Positions 1 through 17,290 of a DNA stretch of 64,000 nt are shown here, piece by piece (position 1 is the stretch's first letter; each line of letters begins with the position of its first letter). Both the position numbers and the translations under genes were made by a program. The DNA is taken from assembly GCF_009914755.1 (NCBI RefSeq), contig NC_060926.1; one strand, written 5' to 3'. This DNA is from the human T2T-CHM13v2.0 reference genome, Homo sapiens. The notes below the pieces were generated by a model, which did no database searches, was not told the DNA's origin, and worked only from the letters and a program-made list of their open reading frames with translations.

Positions 1-150
1 CCAGAAGGCTTAGTGAAAAATGTTAGTTTCCGTTAGGAAAGACAGCTTTGAGGAATGAGAATTTTGAGAAGATACGTACCAAAGGAACTTTGCATTTGAG
101 GATGGTAGTTGCAGGATTTCTATCCCAGTTGTGTGCCTCTGAGACTTTGA

Positions 151-366
<216 letters not shown>

Positions 367-824
367 TAACAGTAATGTCTAAATCTGCAAAGTTCTTTGG
401 ATAAAATGTATACAAAAGGCACAAGTGGATTTATAAATCCAGTACTTCCATTCATGGCATTTCCTTGCTGTTATTTCAGTTGTCTGAATTGCCAAGAGAT
501 TCAGATACCACTTATGTTTTACAGACCCCTTGATAGTAAAACAGGCAGCTATATTCTGTGCTTGGAGCTCAAATGAGATGTGTAAATAAAAGAACCATTG
601 GCTTTATATTCTTTTTTTGTTTTTTGTTTCTTTCATTTCTTGGTTCACCATATACATAGGAGAGGTTGACACTATGTCTAAGGAGTGAAGAAAGAAGAAG
701 TGAATAAGTGCTATGGTTTGAGTGTGTTCTCCAGATTTCATATGTTGGAAACTTAATCCCCAGATTTATGTGTTGATTGGTGGTGGGGTCTTTGGGAGGT
801 AATTAGGATTAGAAAAGGTCATGG

Positions 825-1685
825 TAAGATGGGATAATTCCCTTGACCCCCTTGCTGGACTTGTGACAGGGGTGTGGCTTGTTTACTTGGCTGCCGTGTG
901 CCCAAACCCCTTGCATGAGGGAGCACATGAGCGAGTGCAGGAACGAGAGCAAATGAATGCTGGAAGCAGCCCAGTTGATCCTCTCTGGCAGGAGTAGGTT
1001 CTGTGTGGACCCCGTAGCAGCATCCAAGCGTGTTACAACCAGTGCTCTTTCAGCTCTCCTGTCCAGGGATGACCAAGTGCCAACCAGCTCAGTGGAGGGT
1101 CAGAGTGGCAGCTCCTGCCCTCTCGGCACCTGGGTTCTTGTCTGGCATCTGGGAAGAATCAGGTCACACAAACAGATTGAAGGGTAGTATATGTGGAGGA
1201 TTTTACTGGGCAATGGAAGTGGCTCTCAGTGGGATGGGGAGTTGGAAAGGGGATTGTGTGGGAAGAAGGTGATGTTTCCCTGAAGCCCAGCTGTCTCTGG
1301 CTGGGCCCCTCTCCAAAGCTGCACATCTGAAATTAGCCGCATTTATCCATCGTCTCTGATGCTCAGTTTCTTCTCTGCTTGCCACTCAGCTGCTTGTATC
1401 CACAATGCTCAGCCGCTTGTATCCACATTGCTCAGCTGCTTGTATCCCCATTGCTTAGCCGCTTGTATCCCTGATGCTTAGCTGCTGGTATCCCTAACAC
1501 TCAGCTGCTTGTGTTGCTCTGCCAGCTGAAGTGTTTTTTTCAGGGTGGCAGGGGTGTGGGGGGTAAGGACGTGGCAGGCCAAAAAGTCAACATTTGGGCA
1601 GAAAACTGGGTCAGCTGTTTTCACTTAGTGCAGAGGTTCCAGGCTTAAGGGTGGGGTTTAGCCGGAGCCCAGCCCTTATGTATCA
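825..1685 (-). mobile_element. ERV1 solo LTR of the LTR1/LTR27/MER52-related group
   Basis: Characteristic ggcacctgggttcttgtctggcatctgggaagaatcaggtcacac block; ends tgtatca; imperfect 4-bp TSD ATGG (821-824) / ATGT (1686-1689). Exact family uncertain. Confidence 0.7.
1385..1513. repeat. 23-bp minisatellite, ~5.5 copies (ctcagcygcttgtatcc...tg)
   Basis: Units start at 1385, 1408, 1431, 1454, 1477 and 1500, directly abutting. Confidence 0.9.
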
Positions 1686-1923
1686 ATGTAGGGGTGAGCC
1701 ATGATGGGCCTGGTGGCTTTATAAGAAGAGAAAGAGAGACCTGAGCTGCCATGCTTTTCCCACACGTGATACCCTCTGCCATGATATGACATAGTAGTAA
1801 GAAGGCTCTCACCAGGTACAGCCCCTCAACCTTGGACTTTGCAGCTTCCAAAACTGTGAGCTAAATACCCAGTCTCAGGTATTCAGTTATAGTAAAAGAA
1901 AATGAACAAAGACAACAAGCAAC

Positions 1924-2234
<311 letters not shown>

Positions 2235-2609
2235 TTTCTTTTTTGGTGTAATCCAAAATACCTAAATCCAGTTTAAACATCCAGAACTATATATGTTTAA
2301 ATACAAAATGAATTTGAGATAGGGGTGTGTGTCAGGGGATGGTGGGGGAATGTGAGAGGTAGTACAGAATGAAAAATAAGTTCCAGTTATTAGTATCTCT
2401 TGAGTGGGACAGTTGGGACAGCTGTCCTGGAAGGGCCATGGGGATGGTTTTTCATAAAGAATGAACCATGGGATGTCCACAGTAAATGAATTTTGCCTTA
2501 GGCTTGAGGGAAAACTCATTTAGAGCCTTGAATGCTCATCTAGAGTATCAAAATGAAGGAAGAAACTTGTAAGTAAAACTTATTTTTGTCTTTTAAAAGG
2601 CTTAATGAG

Positions 2610-2735
2610 TGGCCCTGTGTGATGGCTCATACCTGTGATCCCAGCGCTTGGGGAGGCAGAGGCGAGAAGATCACCTGATCCCAAGAGTTTGAGACCAGTC
2701 TGAGCAACACAGGGAGACCCTGCCTCAAAAAAAAA
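2610..2735 (+). mobile_element. Alu monomer (FLAM-like)
   Basis: ggctcatacctgtgatcccagc...gagaccagtctgagcaac...A-tail. Confidence 0.85.
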
Positions 2736-2949
2736 TTTTTTTTATAAAGGCTTAACAAGTTCAAGTTATAGAATGAAAAAATTTCAATTAATTCAATGGT
2801 AGGCTGTCATGAAAACAAAACAGATTTCAATTAAGAAAGGGATGTGAAATTGAGAGGCAAACAAAAAGGAAAAGGGGCTAGTTAGTACAGCAGTCACTGA
2901 TTTGTCTGTATAGAGAGGGAAAACTGTTTTTCTCTCAACCCTCATTGGT

Positions 2950-3087
2950 TCTTTTCTTTTTTATTTAAATTGAGACAGGGTCTTGCTATGTTGTCCAGGC
3001 TGGTCTCATACCCCTAGGCTCAAGCAGTCCTCCTGCCTTGGCTTCCCAAATTGCTGAGATTACAGGCATGAGCTGCTGTGCCTGGCC
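2950..3087 (-). mobile_element. Alu monomer (FLAM-like)
   Basis: gagacagggtcttgctatgttgtccaggctggtctc...gattacaggcatgagc. Confidence 0.85.
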
Positions 3088-3440
3088 GCCTCATAAATTC
3101 TTAATTGGAATAGATTCCTGTAACAAAAGACAGATTGACAAGAGAAGAACAAGGTTATTTCCTGGAGCAGAGCATGGAAGATGTGGGTGTTCAGTGAACT
3201 TCCCGAGTGGCCATAATGGTTGTATTAATAAGTTATTTTAGTTTATATCAAGTCATCCAGCTTCAGCTTGTAGGGCTTTGGGACAGGAGAAGCTAGAGTC
3301 TCAATAAAGATCCAGGCAGTCAGATTTTAGTTCCTAGTGACTTCAAGTCAGGAGGATGGGAGAAAAATTGGAAACATTAATTACCGACAAGATATGCAAG
3401 ACAGCAGGATCCAATTTACAGAGTAGTGAAAAATAACTCA

Positions 3441-3812
<372 letters not shown>

Positions 3813-3984
3813 GGTAAAATTTCTCTGTACAGTCATCCTCTGTTTTCACTTAGTGCCGTGGTTCCAGTTTGATCAAAGATAAAATGAAGACCACTCTTGT
3901 TTCCAAATCTAATCTTATTAAATTTGGTCTAATCATTTATATAAGTGCAGCAAGAATGATAATTGGACATATGCTTGATCTTAG

Positions 3985-4276
<292 letters not shown>

Positions 4277-4787
4277 CCCAGTTTTTTTTGTTTTTTAAAT
4301 TTTAATTTTCATTCCTATTTTACAGATGAGGGTTATCAGTTTTGATGCACCTATTAGCGTCTCTGGTAGGGTTCTGGAAATTCCTACCCAGTCCAGTGGT
4401 ATGATTTCAAAGTTATGTAAGCAATGTCATGAGAAATCTATACCCCAGAGTACCTTTATAATTCTTTCTATGGGTCTCTGAGGCAGTCACTTATGTTGAA
4501 TATGAAGCATTCCAGCTTGTAGCTGATTGTGAGCCTTCAGGGAAGCATTCGAATATAAGAGTAATTATATGTGAATGACAAAAGACCTAAAATGGCCATG
4601 GTTAAAGATTTTATTAGAGTTCATTATCAAAATAATGGAGTTGACAAGGAAATTTGGTCATTTCTGTGCCAAACAACATTTTAAGATAATAACTGGAATT
4701 ATGATTGATAACATTATATCAGAATATATTATGGACAGTGAGTGCATTGACAAATTTCTAGAAACTTCATATAGTTCTTTTAAAAAG

Positions 4788-4902
4788 GAGACAGGGTCTT
4801 GCCTTATTGCCCAGGATGGTCTTGAACTCCTGGGCTCAAGCGATCCTCCTGCCTTGGCTGCTGAAGTGCTGGGGTTATAGACATGAGCCACCACACCTGG
4901 CC
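4788..4902 (-). mobile_element. Alu monomer (FLAM-like)
   Basis: gagacagggtcttgcc...gaactcctgggctcaagcgatcctcc. Confidence 0.85.
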
Positions 4903-6220
4903 TTCCATACAGTTTTTGGAGTATTTATATTAATAACATTTTCTCATACAGATATGAACCCAAAATATGAGACTAGGTCTAAGTCAATTTGGAAAGTTTA
5001 TTTTGCCAAGGTTAAGGACCTGCCCATGACATAATCTCAGGAGGTCCTGATGACATGTGCCCAGGGTAGTCTGGGTGTAGCTTGCTTTTATACAATTTAG
5101 GGAGACCTAATATATCAGTCAATACGTGTGAGATTTACATTGGTTTGATATGGAAGGGTGGGACAACTCGAAGTGGGGGCTTCCAGGTCATACGTAGATT
5201 TAAAAATATTCAGATTGGTAATTGGTTGAAAGATTTATTGTTAAAGAAAGGAATGTCTGGGTTAAGATAAGGGGTTGTAGACAGCAAGGTTTTATCCTGC
5301 AGATAAAGCCTCCAGGTAGCAGACTTTATAGAAAATAGATTATAAATGTTTCTTATCAGACTTACAGTCTGCATTAATATTAGGGCTGGAGGGGTATGAT
5401 GATTACCCCCACTTCACTTTCATGGCCTGAACCAGTCTTTCTGGTTAAATTTTAGAGTGCCCCGGCCAATGAGGAAGTGCATTCAAATGGTTGTGAGAGC
5501 CTTCGAATTTTCCCCCTTTTGTCCAAGATTTGCCAGAGGCAACATCAGTGGCCACCAGATTTTAATTTTGTCCCATAGTATTGTTGGGATGGCATGGCTG
5601 GCCTGCCCCTGGTCCATCCTGTCCTTCAGTGGGACTCCGTATGGCCAAGGGACTTAGAGTAAACAAGACTTATAGCCAATTAATTATCCTAAGCCAGATA
5701 GGAATAGACATGGACAGGCATTCATTACCCCTTATAATTATTATTTATTTTGTTTTTTAAGTAGAAGATGAACAAACAAAAAGCCAAAGGTGAGGTTACA
5801 AAACTGACTTATTTTTAACTTCTATGCTACGCATTGAGCCATAGCTCAATCTTGTTTTTAGTTTTAGTATGTAATCTTGGTTTTGGTTACAGACTTATGG
5901 CAATTAGCTATACAAAACATACCCGTTCTGAAAAAATTTAAAATATGTATCTGTACAACTCATAACTGGGAGTATTATACCCAGGAGGCTTTGTCACAAG
6001 GTATCATTATTCCTGTCAGTAATTATTTTCTTCTTTTACCAGTTGTTCAGGCATCTTTGTACCCATCCTTGATTTGGAGGGTCTGACCTTGACCTAATTA
6101 TATCCTTCAAAACTCGCCCTTACACTCTCATGCGACAGTCCCTGGGCTTAGAGGGAGGATGCCTGTATAGTCTTAGTAGCAAGGCATTTGCAGTGAAAAA
6201 CAGATTGGGCCCAGTGGGAT

Positions 6221-6918
6221 TGTTACAGGTAATTAGGCATGAGCTGGGCAGGAGAGAGGGCTCTCCTCTACCAACTAGAATGTCGGGTGATGGTTCAGCA
6301 ATTATTGCATTGCCTGTCTAAAAATGATAATTTGGCAGCACCAGGGAGAGGCCATTTCCTGATGGTCCACACCTGTTAACATCATCAAACTGTTAATTGA
6401 CTGCAGGCCCCACGGAGGAGCAGCTTCCTGGGCATGCGTATTAAGAGACCAAAAAAAAAAAAAAATGGTGAGGTATGATCTTCTGGGGGCACGCTCCACT
6501 GGAAAAGGGAAGGAAGCCTCAGATGGGCATGTTTATAACTCCCTAAATACATTGCGTGTGTTCAGTTCCAAAGGATAAGGAAAGCCCTGGGCGTGTGGAA
6601 AGTCTGCCCTAAAGGAAGAAACATGGGAAAGAGGCGAGCTTATAAAATTCCTAGGATCACGGTTAAACAAGGCACTTGACCTTTTCCCTTTAACCTTCAC
6701 GTGCCCACTTGGGTCTCTTCCAAGCACACGTTCCTTGCTTTCATGTTCTAAGGCCTTTTCAGATAAACTTCTATTCCTGCTCTGGAACTTGCCTTGGTCT
6801 CTTTTTCTGCTTTATGCCCCTCAGTCAGATTCTTTCTTGTGGAGAGGCAAGGACTGAAGTTGCTGTGGACTCCTACGGATTTGCTGCCAGTAACTTGGAT
6901 CTCTTCCACTGGTTAACA
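6221..6918 (+). mobile_element. MER50-family solo LTR inserted in the MER4 internal region
   Basis: Starts tgttacaggtaattaggcatgagctgggcaggagagagggctctcc and ends ggttaaca; perfect TSD GGAT at 6217-6220 and 6919-6922. Confidence 0.85.
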
Positions 6919-7341
6919 GGATGCCAAATGAGAGAGGTTGGCATCTCTGGTTTTAAGAATACCATAATTTTGGTTTCCTTGTAAGTAATGAGAAATAAAT
7001 AACATTAATATTTTGACAATCAAAAGAGTATTTGTATGTCAGAACAGAAAAAGGAACCTCTTCCATTAGGGCACCAACTAAAGATATGAAGAAAAATTAT
7101 AATCTGGTACTCTCTAGAGGATTATTGTAGCCAAGAAATAATTCATAATTCAATCTATACTCAAAAAAACAAAAGTTAGTGTCAAGTGTTACACTTTTCC
7201 TTTGAAACAATTTCTCTCTCTAGACTTCCTTTTCTATTAAAGAGAAATTATAGTAAGATCAATTTGTATGCAAATTAAGTTTTAGGCTTATTATACTTTG
7301 CCTGATTATTCACATAAAGTGCAGCAAGAATTGATTGGCTT

Positions 7342-7710
<369 letters not shown>

Positions 7711-8862
7711 CTAAAAATATGCTATTTTAGTCAAAGTCTTGGTAAAATAACCAGTGTCTCCAGTTGTTTTGTTCTAAAAGACTCTTACTGAACTTATGCA
7801 AATAACTATATTGTCATAAAATCACAATTTGAATTTTGGACAACTCAGAAAGGTAAATTTGCTTACAAAAACATAGTTCACCCAAATGCTCTAAACTATA
7901 AATAACTATAAAAAAAATTTTTTGGACCGTTCTTTAACCAGAGCAGCAGCCTTCCAAACAAGGTGTTTGTTCACCTCAGAACTGCCATTCACAAGCCAAA
8001 CAGGTCATGAGAGCTATCAGGCACTGTAGAATCTAGCAGCTCCTCAGATAACTAGAATCAGTCCTAGGGACAAAAAGAGGGTCCTTGCTTATGAGTATTT
8101 CCTTCTTGTATTCCCAGGTAGCAAGAGCCTGTGTAAACCATTTTAATTTTATCATGGAACTCTTTTGAACACCTTTATTTCCATTAGCATAGGGGTAGCT
8201 CAAGCCAATATTCCATAACAAGGCAGTAAATGTCCCTCAAGTAGAAATTCTCTAGTCCAGCAGTTGTTATTGGGAAGTGCTCACAGTTTTTTGTCATAAG
8301 TCCCAATACTCCACAAAAGGCTACAAAGTGGAGGATTTGTCCCATCTAGTACTCCAGCTTCTCCCCTATATTTTGTGGGCTAAGGCAATCTTTCTAGTTC
8401 CCATTTAGTAAGTTCAGTTAATATTTGTCAAAGGGCAGATTTACCTGCCTTCAGTTTTATAGTACTAGATAGGGAAAACATCCCCCAGTCACATACAGTA
8501 CCCATTTTCATAAGACATTTAGGTAAAAGGAGTCACAACTACCTTACATAAAGTCTGTTTAAACATCTCAGATTTCATAATTCTGTTAAACTGTATGGTT
8601 TTATGTTCTGGTCCCAGGAACTTTTCTACCCCCAGACCATTCTACCTTTTCTGGTAAAAAAGGGTTTGGGTTCCCAGCAGGGAGTTGAGCCAAGGGACTC
8701 AGGCCTTTTCGTCAAATTTATATCTTAATTTGCCTCAGCATTGCCCCAGAAAATGTCAGCTTTCTCATGATAACCTTTGCTGCCTTAAAAAACATTTTCC
8801 AGTCTAGGGCAAATAGTGAATAACCATCCAAAAATTTCTATCACTCTTCTGGGATGAATTCT

Positions 8863-9156
8863 TTTTTTTTTTTTTGAGGCAGAGTCTCTGTCACCCAGGC
8901 TGGAGTGCAGTGGCGCGAACTCCTCGGCTCACTGCAAGCTCCGCCTCCTGGGTTCAGGCCATTCTCCTGCCTCAGCCTCCCGAGTAGCTAGGACTACAGG
9001 CGCCTGCCACCATGCCCGGGTAATTTTTTTTTATATATTAGTAGAGATGGGGTTTCACCGTGTTAGCCAGGATGGTCTCGATCTCCTGACCTCGTGATCC
9101 GCCCGCCTCGGCCTCCCAAAGTGCTGAGATTACAGGCGTGAGCCACTGCGCCCGGC
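8863..9156 (-). mobile_element. AluY
   Basis: gcaagctccgcctcc...gccattctcc...ccgtgttagccaggatggtctcgatctcc; TSD ggg(a/g)tgaattc. Confidence 0.92.
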
Positions 9157-9164
9157 TGGGGTGA

Positions 9165-9513
<349 letters not shown>

Positions 9514-10210
9514 TAAGCATGTGTAAGACCATGAGGGACAGCAAATTTGATAAGGCTTCTCAGGCAATTATATGATTCTGTGGGAGGGGTACCCATGTAA
9601 AAGGGGCCCCTTTAGCCTTCAGATTTACCATGAACTGCGTTATGGACATATTAGGTAGGAGAATATCCTGGTCATTATAAAGCTAGTTCCATATGGCTTG
9701 CATATGAAGCATATCAACTGTTTCATCTGCGGTGCTCTACTTGGTATTTTATAGGGAGAGCAGGAAGTCCCGTTCTCAGGGCAAACCTTACAGTGGCATT
9801 TATTTGGTCCACTAGGCTGGTTGTTGTCTCAGGAATAACTTTCTGTGCATTTAGATCACATACATTCATCAGTGATTGTTTAATAGTGAGCTTTGGGTCC
9901 TGCATTAACCCAAACAAGCTCTTTCATTCTGTAGCATTTAAAATTAAGAATTTTGTCCTTAAAATGGTCATTTTTACAGTCCCTTACTATAAAAGTTTCT
10001 CCAGAATCTGATGATACCAATCTATGAAACAGAACAGTTCCTTTACATTATATCCTCTGATTTTAATAGTTACTTGGTTGTGCCCTTCCCCAACATTGAC
10101 TATCTTCTTGGTAACCACAGGCCTCAGAGGTAACTTTATTTGTCCTGGCTTACTTTTTCTTTTTATCCATTTAGTTTTATTTGTACAGTTTTTCCTTTAT
10201 TTTAAAGTGA

Positions 10211-11006
<796 letters not shown>

Positions 11007-11709
11007 TGTTAATTTATGAGTACTCTTTACCTGTAAGTCAATCTGGTACCTTGTGGCCAAAAACACATAACAGAATATGTGTACATATACCTAAACACAT
11101 ATATATATATATACACTCATACAAAGTTCCTGTAGTTTATGCTTCAGAACTCTAGCCATGAGATATTAACAGAGACTTACCAGTTTGCAAACAATAGTAA
11201 AAAGAAACGGTTGGATGCAAACAGTGGATTTTATCTCAGTAGAAAAGTAACAGCAGACTTAAAGCAGGCTGAAAAGAAAGCAGAGAGATAGAGAACTTAG
11301 GAACTTTATAGTTGCAGATTGACTTTCGAGCTCTGAATTTTTCTTGATGTAATTTGCCCATCAGTTTAAAATGTGCGCAAGAACAGACCTATAATGTGTA
11401 ACCAGCTGCAGTATTGGAAAACCTGGCATGCCCTTCCATTACACAACCACTTTCAAGTAGAGGGGTCATGAAACCAAACAGGGTGCCTGAGAGGGACCAC
11501 TCTCCTTGTGTTTTTTCATTCCTAAATTATTTGTTTCCCACATTTTTTCTTAAAAGGAGGAACTGAGCTGTGCCTTAAGGTTTAGTGGAGTGGGTCAAAG
11601 TGTGCTGGTTGTGGGTGGGACTCCATAGTGTGTCACCAGTGAGTCATTTCTGCCCTTTTATGTGTCTCAGTTTCTCTTTCTGGAGGTCCAGCACCATGAG
11701 GAGGGCTCA

Positions 11710-12072
<363 letters not shown>

Positions 12073-12326
12073 TTAAACTAATTTTCTCGAGAGTTCCCTG
12101 TAGGGCTGCTACACGTTGTAGGGGGTCAACCCTGCAGGCACTTCCACTTGGCCCCCAGTCACCCAGGGACGCCTTTTGGTTGGAAAGAGCAAAATGCCCT
12201 TTCTTTTTGGAGCTGAGGAAACTCAGCCTGTCATCTATGAAAATGATAGTTCAGTTCCTCACACAAATGTGCACATGAGCCAATCGAGATTAATTGCAGG
12301 AGGAAAGGCAATGAGAAGACTCTTTA

Positions 12327-12640
<314 letters not shown>

Positions 12641-14773
12641 AATAATAATAGTAAGAATGCACCTCCGAACTAGAATTAGGATCCTAGACAACAACTTCCT
12701 AGGAGCTTAGCTAAACCAGCTAAGACCACTTCCTGTAAACTGTCCTCAGCCACTCTTAACTTTGTAGCTCTCATCTGCCATTACACATGCCAAGGCCAAA
12801 TCCTCTCATGGTACAAGGTAATTTCTGGCATCTCCAAAAGTCAGAGTCAGGTAGTGCAATACAGGAAAGCAGAACTGTAGACCTAAAAGAATCTGCCCAT
12901 CACTCGTGAAAACTCCATAAAGAAAACAGGACATCCCAAACAGTGGCAAGTGGTGCCTTTGTTCTGAGTTCTTTAAGGGGTTCGGGTCATTAGAAGGCTT
13001 CTCTAGATTTTTTTTTGGCAGCAAAGATGGGGAAGGGGAAGGGGAAGTAGGAGTAAGGTGGAAGAAAAGACAAGGAAGCAAAGACAGAAACCACGTGCAT
13101 GGTTTTGTTTTGTTTTTCCTTTTTGCTGCTGCAAGGAATTTTAGCCAATTCGGAGGCCTTGTTCCCCATAATTGGAATTCTCATTCAGATTTGGCCAAGT
13201 CGGTTAGAGTTGGAGCTCGTCAAACCTGATGGGAGAAAGACCAGAACAACAACAAAAACCCAACAATATGATTACTGAGTGCTCCAATGGTAAGGTGAAA
13301 TTAAGACCAGCTGATTGTTAATTGTAACTTTAGCCGAATGAAAGCCCAGTTCAGCTACTTACCTAGGAATGGGTCTCAGGTTGAAGACTGCTCTCTACTA
13401 TGCTACAAGCAGGAAAAAACTCAAACTCCAGAAAGGAGTTAGCTGCCTTCCATCATTATGGAAGCAGGAAAACTTGCCTTCCTTGTTGGAGCAAGTAAAA
13501 CTTCAGAAAAAGGAGTTGTACAACAAAATAAACTTTAGATCTTGACCAAATTTTGGGAGATCAGGGATTCTCTGGTGTGGGGCCTCCCAGGCCTCAGCCA
13601 ATTATCCTCTTGGTTTGAGAGTAAAGATAGATCAAGCTGGTACCAAGCACCAGTAGGCGATTTGTCAAAGGTCAGGGGCACTTGCACTCAGAAGACCTTT
13701 CAGGTTGCCAAATGTAAACCCAAAATATTTGAGATAGGTTTCAGTGAATTTAGAAAGTTTATTTTGCTGGGGTTAAGGATGCAGCCACGACATAGCCTCA
13801 GGACGTCCTGATGACATGTGCCCAGGGTGGTCAGGGTACAGCTTGCTTTTATACAATTTAGGGAGACATAATACATCAATCAATATATGTAAGATTTACA
13901 TTGGTTTAATGTGGAAGGGTCAGACAACTCGAAGTGGGGGCTTCCAGGTCATAGGCAGATTTAAAGACATTCTCATTGGCAGTTGGTTGAAAGTCACTGT
14001 CGGTAGAAAGGAATGTCTGGGTTAAGACAAGGGATTGTGGAGACCAAGGTTTTATGCTGCAGATTAAACTTCCAGGTAGCGGGTTTTAGAGAAAATAGAT
14101 TGTAAATGTTTCTTATCAGACTTAAAGTCTGCATTAATGTTGATGCTAGAGGGGTGTGATGAGGCATGTCCTACCTCCACTTCCCTTCATGGCCTGAACC
14201 AGTCTTCCTGGTTAAATTTTAGAATGCCCTGGCCAAGGAAGGAGTGTATTCAGATGGTTGTGGGAGCCTTTGAATTTTTATTTTTGTTTTACACAGATAT
14301 AACTTAAGAGAAGGTTAAGCATCACTTCTACAATGTTTCCCATGCAATTTAACATGTCAAATAAACCTAATTAAAAAAAATTAATCAGAGAGAAGTTCAG
14401 GAAAACCTAGTTATTTTTAACATCTCTCTTTTTAAAAGTTGAAAAAACAAACCCTTTGAGACTTTCAAGGGGCCCTCTGGAAAAATCTCAGTTTGAGATC
14501 AAGATTTTATTTAGGATTTGATTTTGAGAAGGCAAAATGTCAAAAGGTTCGAATGTTTGATTAAATAGGGTCCCAGGTCACTTTTTTAAAAGAAGACTTG
14601 GTTCTCTTAAATAAGGATATGATAAAGCACTGGAAATTATTCCAATAAGACACAGAATCTTTGTTTCCTAGGCAGATTACTTAAAAAGTAAAGAAAAATC
14701 TTTTACACAGTCTCTCATGAAGAGCAGACTAGTAGTCCAAGAAATTTAGTCCCTTGAGAGAGAAAATTGAACT

Positions 14774-14830
14774 CTAGTTTTACTACACTATTACTATTTA
14801 CTACACTATTACTAGTTTTACTACACTATA
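14774..14830. repeat. ~19-20 bp tandem repeat x3 (ctagttttactacactatta)
   Basis: Direct reading of the sequence. Confidence 0.85.
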
Positions 14831-15570
14831 CATCAGTATACTATTGATATTAAAGCTTATTTTAAAACCTCGTAAATAAACCCATTCAGTCTTAGCCAGC
14901 TCGACCATATAAAATACTAGTTTTTTTCTCTTGTTTTTTTCTTCCACATTTCCTTTACAACTTCATATATTCCTTCAGGTTTTTGTCCTTTTCTCTTTCT
15001 CATTCTGGAACAACCTTTCAACAACCTCTTAAACAACTACAAAAACATATTTTGCATTCCTTGGATACTTTTCATACAGAGTTGTCTCCCTTCATGCTTA
15101 TTGCTTCTAGTAGTTTTGTTTACGTATATAAATTATTTTTAACAATTAATCTTTATTTTACAGGGAAATCTAGGAAGTAGACAGTCGTGAATTGTCTGTC
15201 ACATACCAGCATTTTTTTAGCAGATTAGTAAATTTTATGAATATAGCATCTCACATGTTCTAGAAATATAAACTTCTTCATAATAAAACTTCTCAATGTT
15301 GTCAAAAGTAGATGTTTACTAAGAGACCCAAATATCTTTAGTTTCTCTATAAAAATAAGTACTAAAAGCATATATAATTTAAACTTATGTTTAGTAACTG
15401 TTTCAGTATTTTATTTTACTTAGAACAATCTATATATTTAATGAATACCTGTCACTTAGTATAACTTAAGGTTTCAAATTACCAAACAGATTTTGGAAAT
15501 GACTTTTTTTTTATTTTTTAAACAGCCTTTGAGCAAATAATTTTTTCTTTTAAAAAAATTTGTACTTTTA

Positions 15571-16017
<447 letters not shown>

Positions 16018-16298
16018 TCTTATTTCTACTTTTAAGACTTATGAAACACAATTGTTGAAATAGTTTGTCAGAACAGAGACTCAATTTGATTAAAATCACA
16101 TCTGTAAATTTATGATCTTAAACATCTAATAAATATATTAGCTTATTTTATCAGTAAGCCCAATAAATAAAATATGTAAATATAAATACAAATAAAATAT
16201 CAATAAAGTATACATATAAAATAAATGTCTGCATTATACTTAATTTGGAAAACTCTGAAGACATTGAAGACATATCTTTTAATAAATCAACAATATTA

Positions 16299-16441
16299 TT
16301 TTTGTTGTGTTTTTGTCACCTAGGCTGGAGTACAGTGGTGCAATCACCGCTTACTGCAGCCTTGACCTCCTGGGCTCAAGCAACCCTCCCACCTTTGCCT
16401 CCCAAGTAGCTGGGACTACAAGTGTGCACCATAACCTAGCT
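16299..16441 (-). mobile_element. Alu right-arm fragment (AluJ/FRAM)
   Basis: Flanked by the TSD taataaatcaacaatatta. Confidence 0.85.
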
Positions 16442-17156
16442 AATAAATCAACAATATTAAACTATTTTTTTCTTTTTTCTATGTCCTGCAGGCATTAACT
16501 CCAAAAACACATACATTTAAAAAATATTTAAGTTAGTTTTCTATATTTTTGAGAGTTTCGGGACTACTTAATTTATGTAAGTGCTTATTTTCTCTAAGCC
16601 CATTATTTAGAATGGAGCTCTTTTATTAATTGGGTAATACCATCTGGAGGTAGGAAAATATCACATGTGCATAATATATATACACATATACAGACAAAAG
16701 CAGAGAATATTATGACTTTCACTCTAAAAATTTAGTCTTTAGTCAGGCATAAATACAGTGATACAGAATTCACTAGTTTAAATATAAGAGTCTGTTCTTG
16801 TCTTTGCCTCACTTTATTTTTTTATCTGAAATATTTTTCTAGTGGATAGAACAAATTGCTCAATATGAGGGCTAAAACTTTTTACCAATATTTGCAGAGG
16901 AGACTTTTAAGACTTTGTTTTGTCTTGTTGTATTTATGGAGGATGTAGACTAAATTCTGTTCCCATTTATCATTTTTAGCCCCAGGTGGTTGCTTTCAAG
17001 GTCCCTGAGTCCCCTTCAAGATCTCCCTAGGGAAGGAGCAGAATGCCTAAAATTCCAGTGACTACAGGGACTTGAGGAGGTGGAGTCTGAAGGGATGGGT
17101 CTCAGAGGAGCCAGCTTGGGAGATATTTAGGTTTTCTCACAGAAGCCATTGAAGTG

Positions 17157-17290
17157 CTGGGCACGGTGTCTTTGCACCTATAATTCCAGTTACTCAGGAG
17201 GTGGAGGCAGGAGGATCACTTGAGTCCAAACCCAGAAGTTCGAGACCAGCCTGGGCAGCATAGCAAGACCCTGTCTCTTAAAGCAAAAAT
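17157..17290 (+). mobile_element. Alu monomer (FLAM-like)
   Basis: TSD gaagccattgaagt on both sides. Confidence 0.85.

Larger units (their letters stand above)
709..1914 (+). mobile_element. MaLR MST-family solo LTR, interrupted by an ERV1 LTR at 825-1685
   Basis: Starts tgctatggtttgagtgtg; resumes ggctttataagaagagaaagagagacctgagc; ends cccagtctcaggtattcagttatag...aaagaca. Confidence 0.8.

Noticed and set aside
1385-1513. CRISPR-like appearance of the 23-bp repeats
   Set aside because: The units abut with no unique spacers, there are no cas genes, and the context is a human LTR
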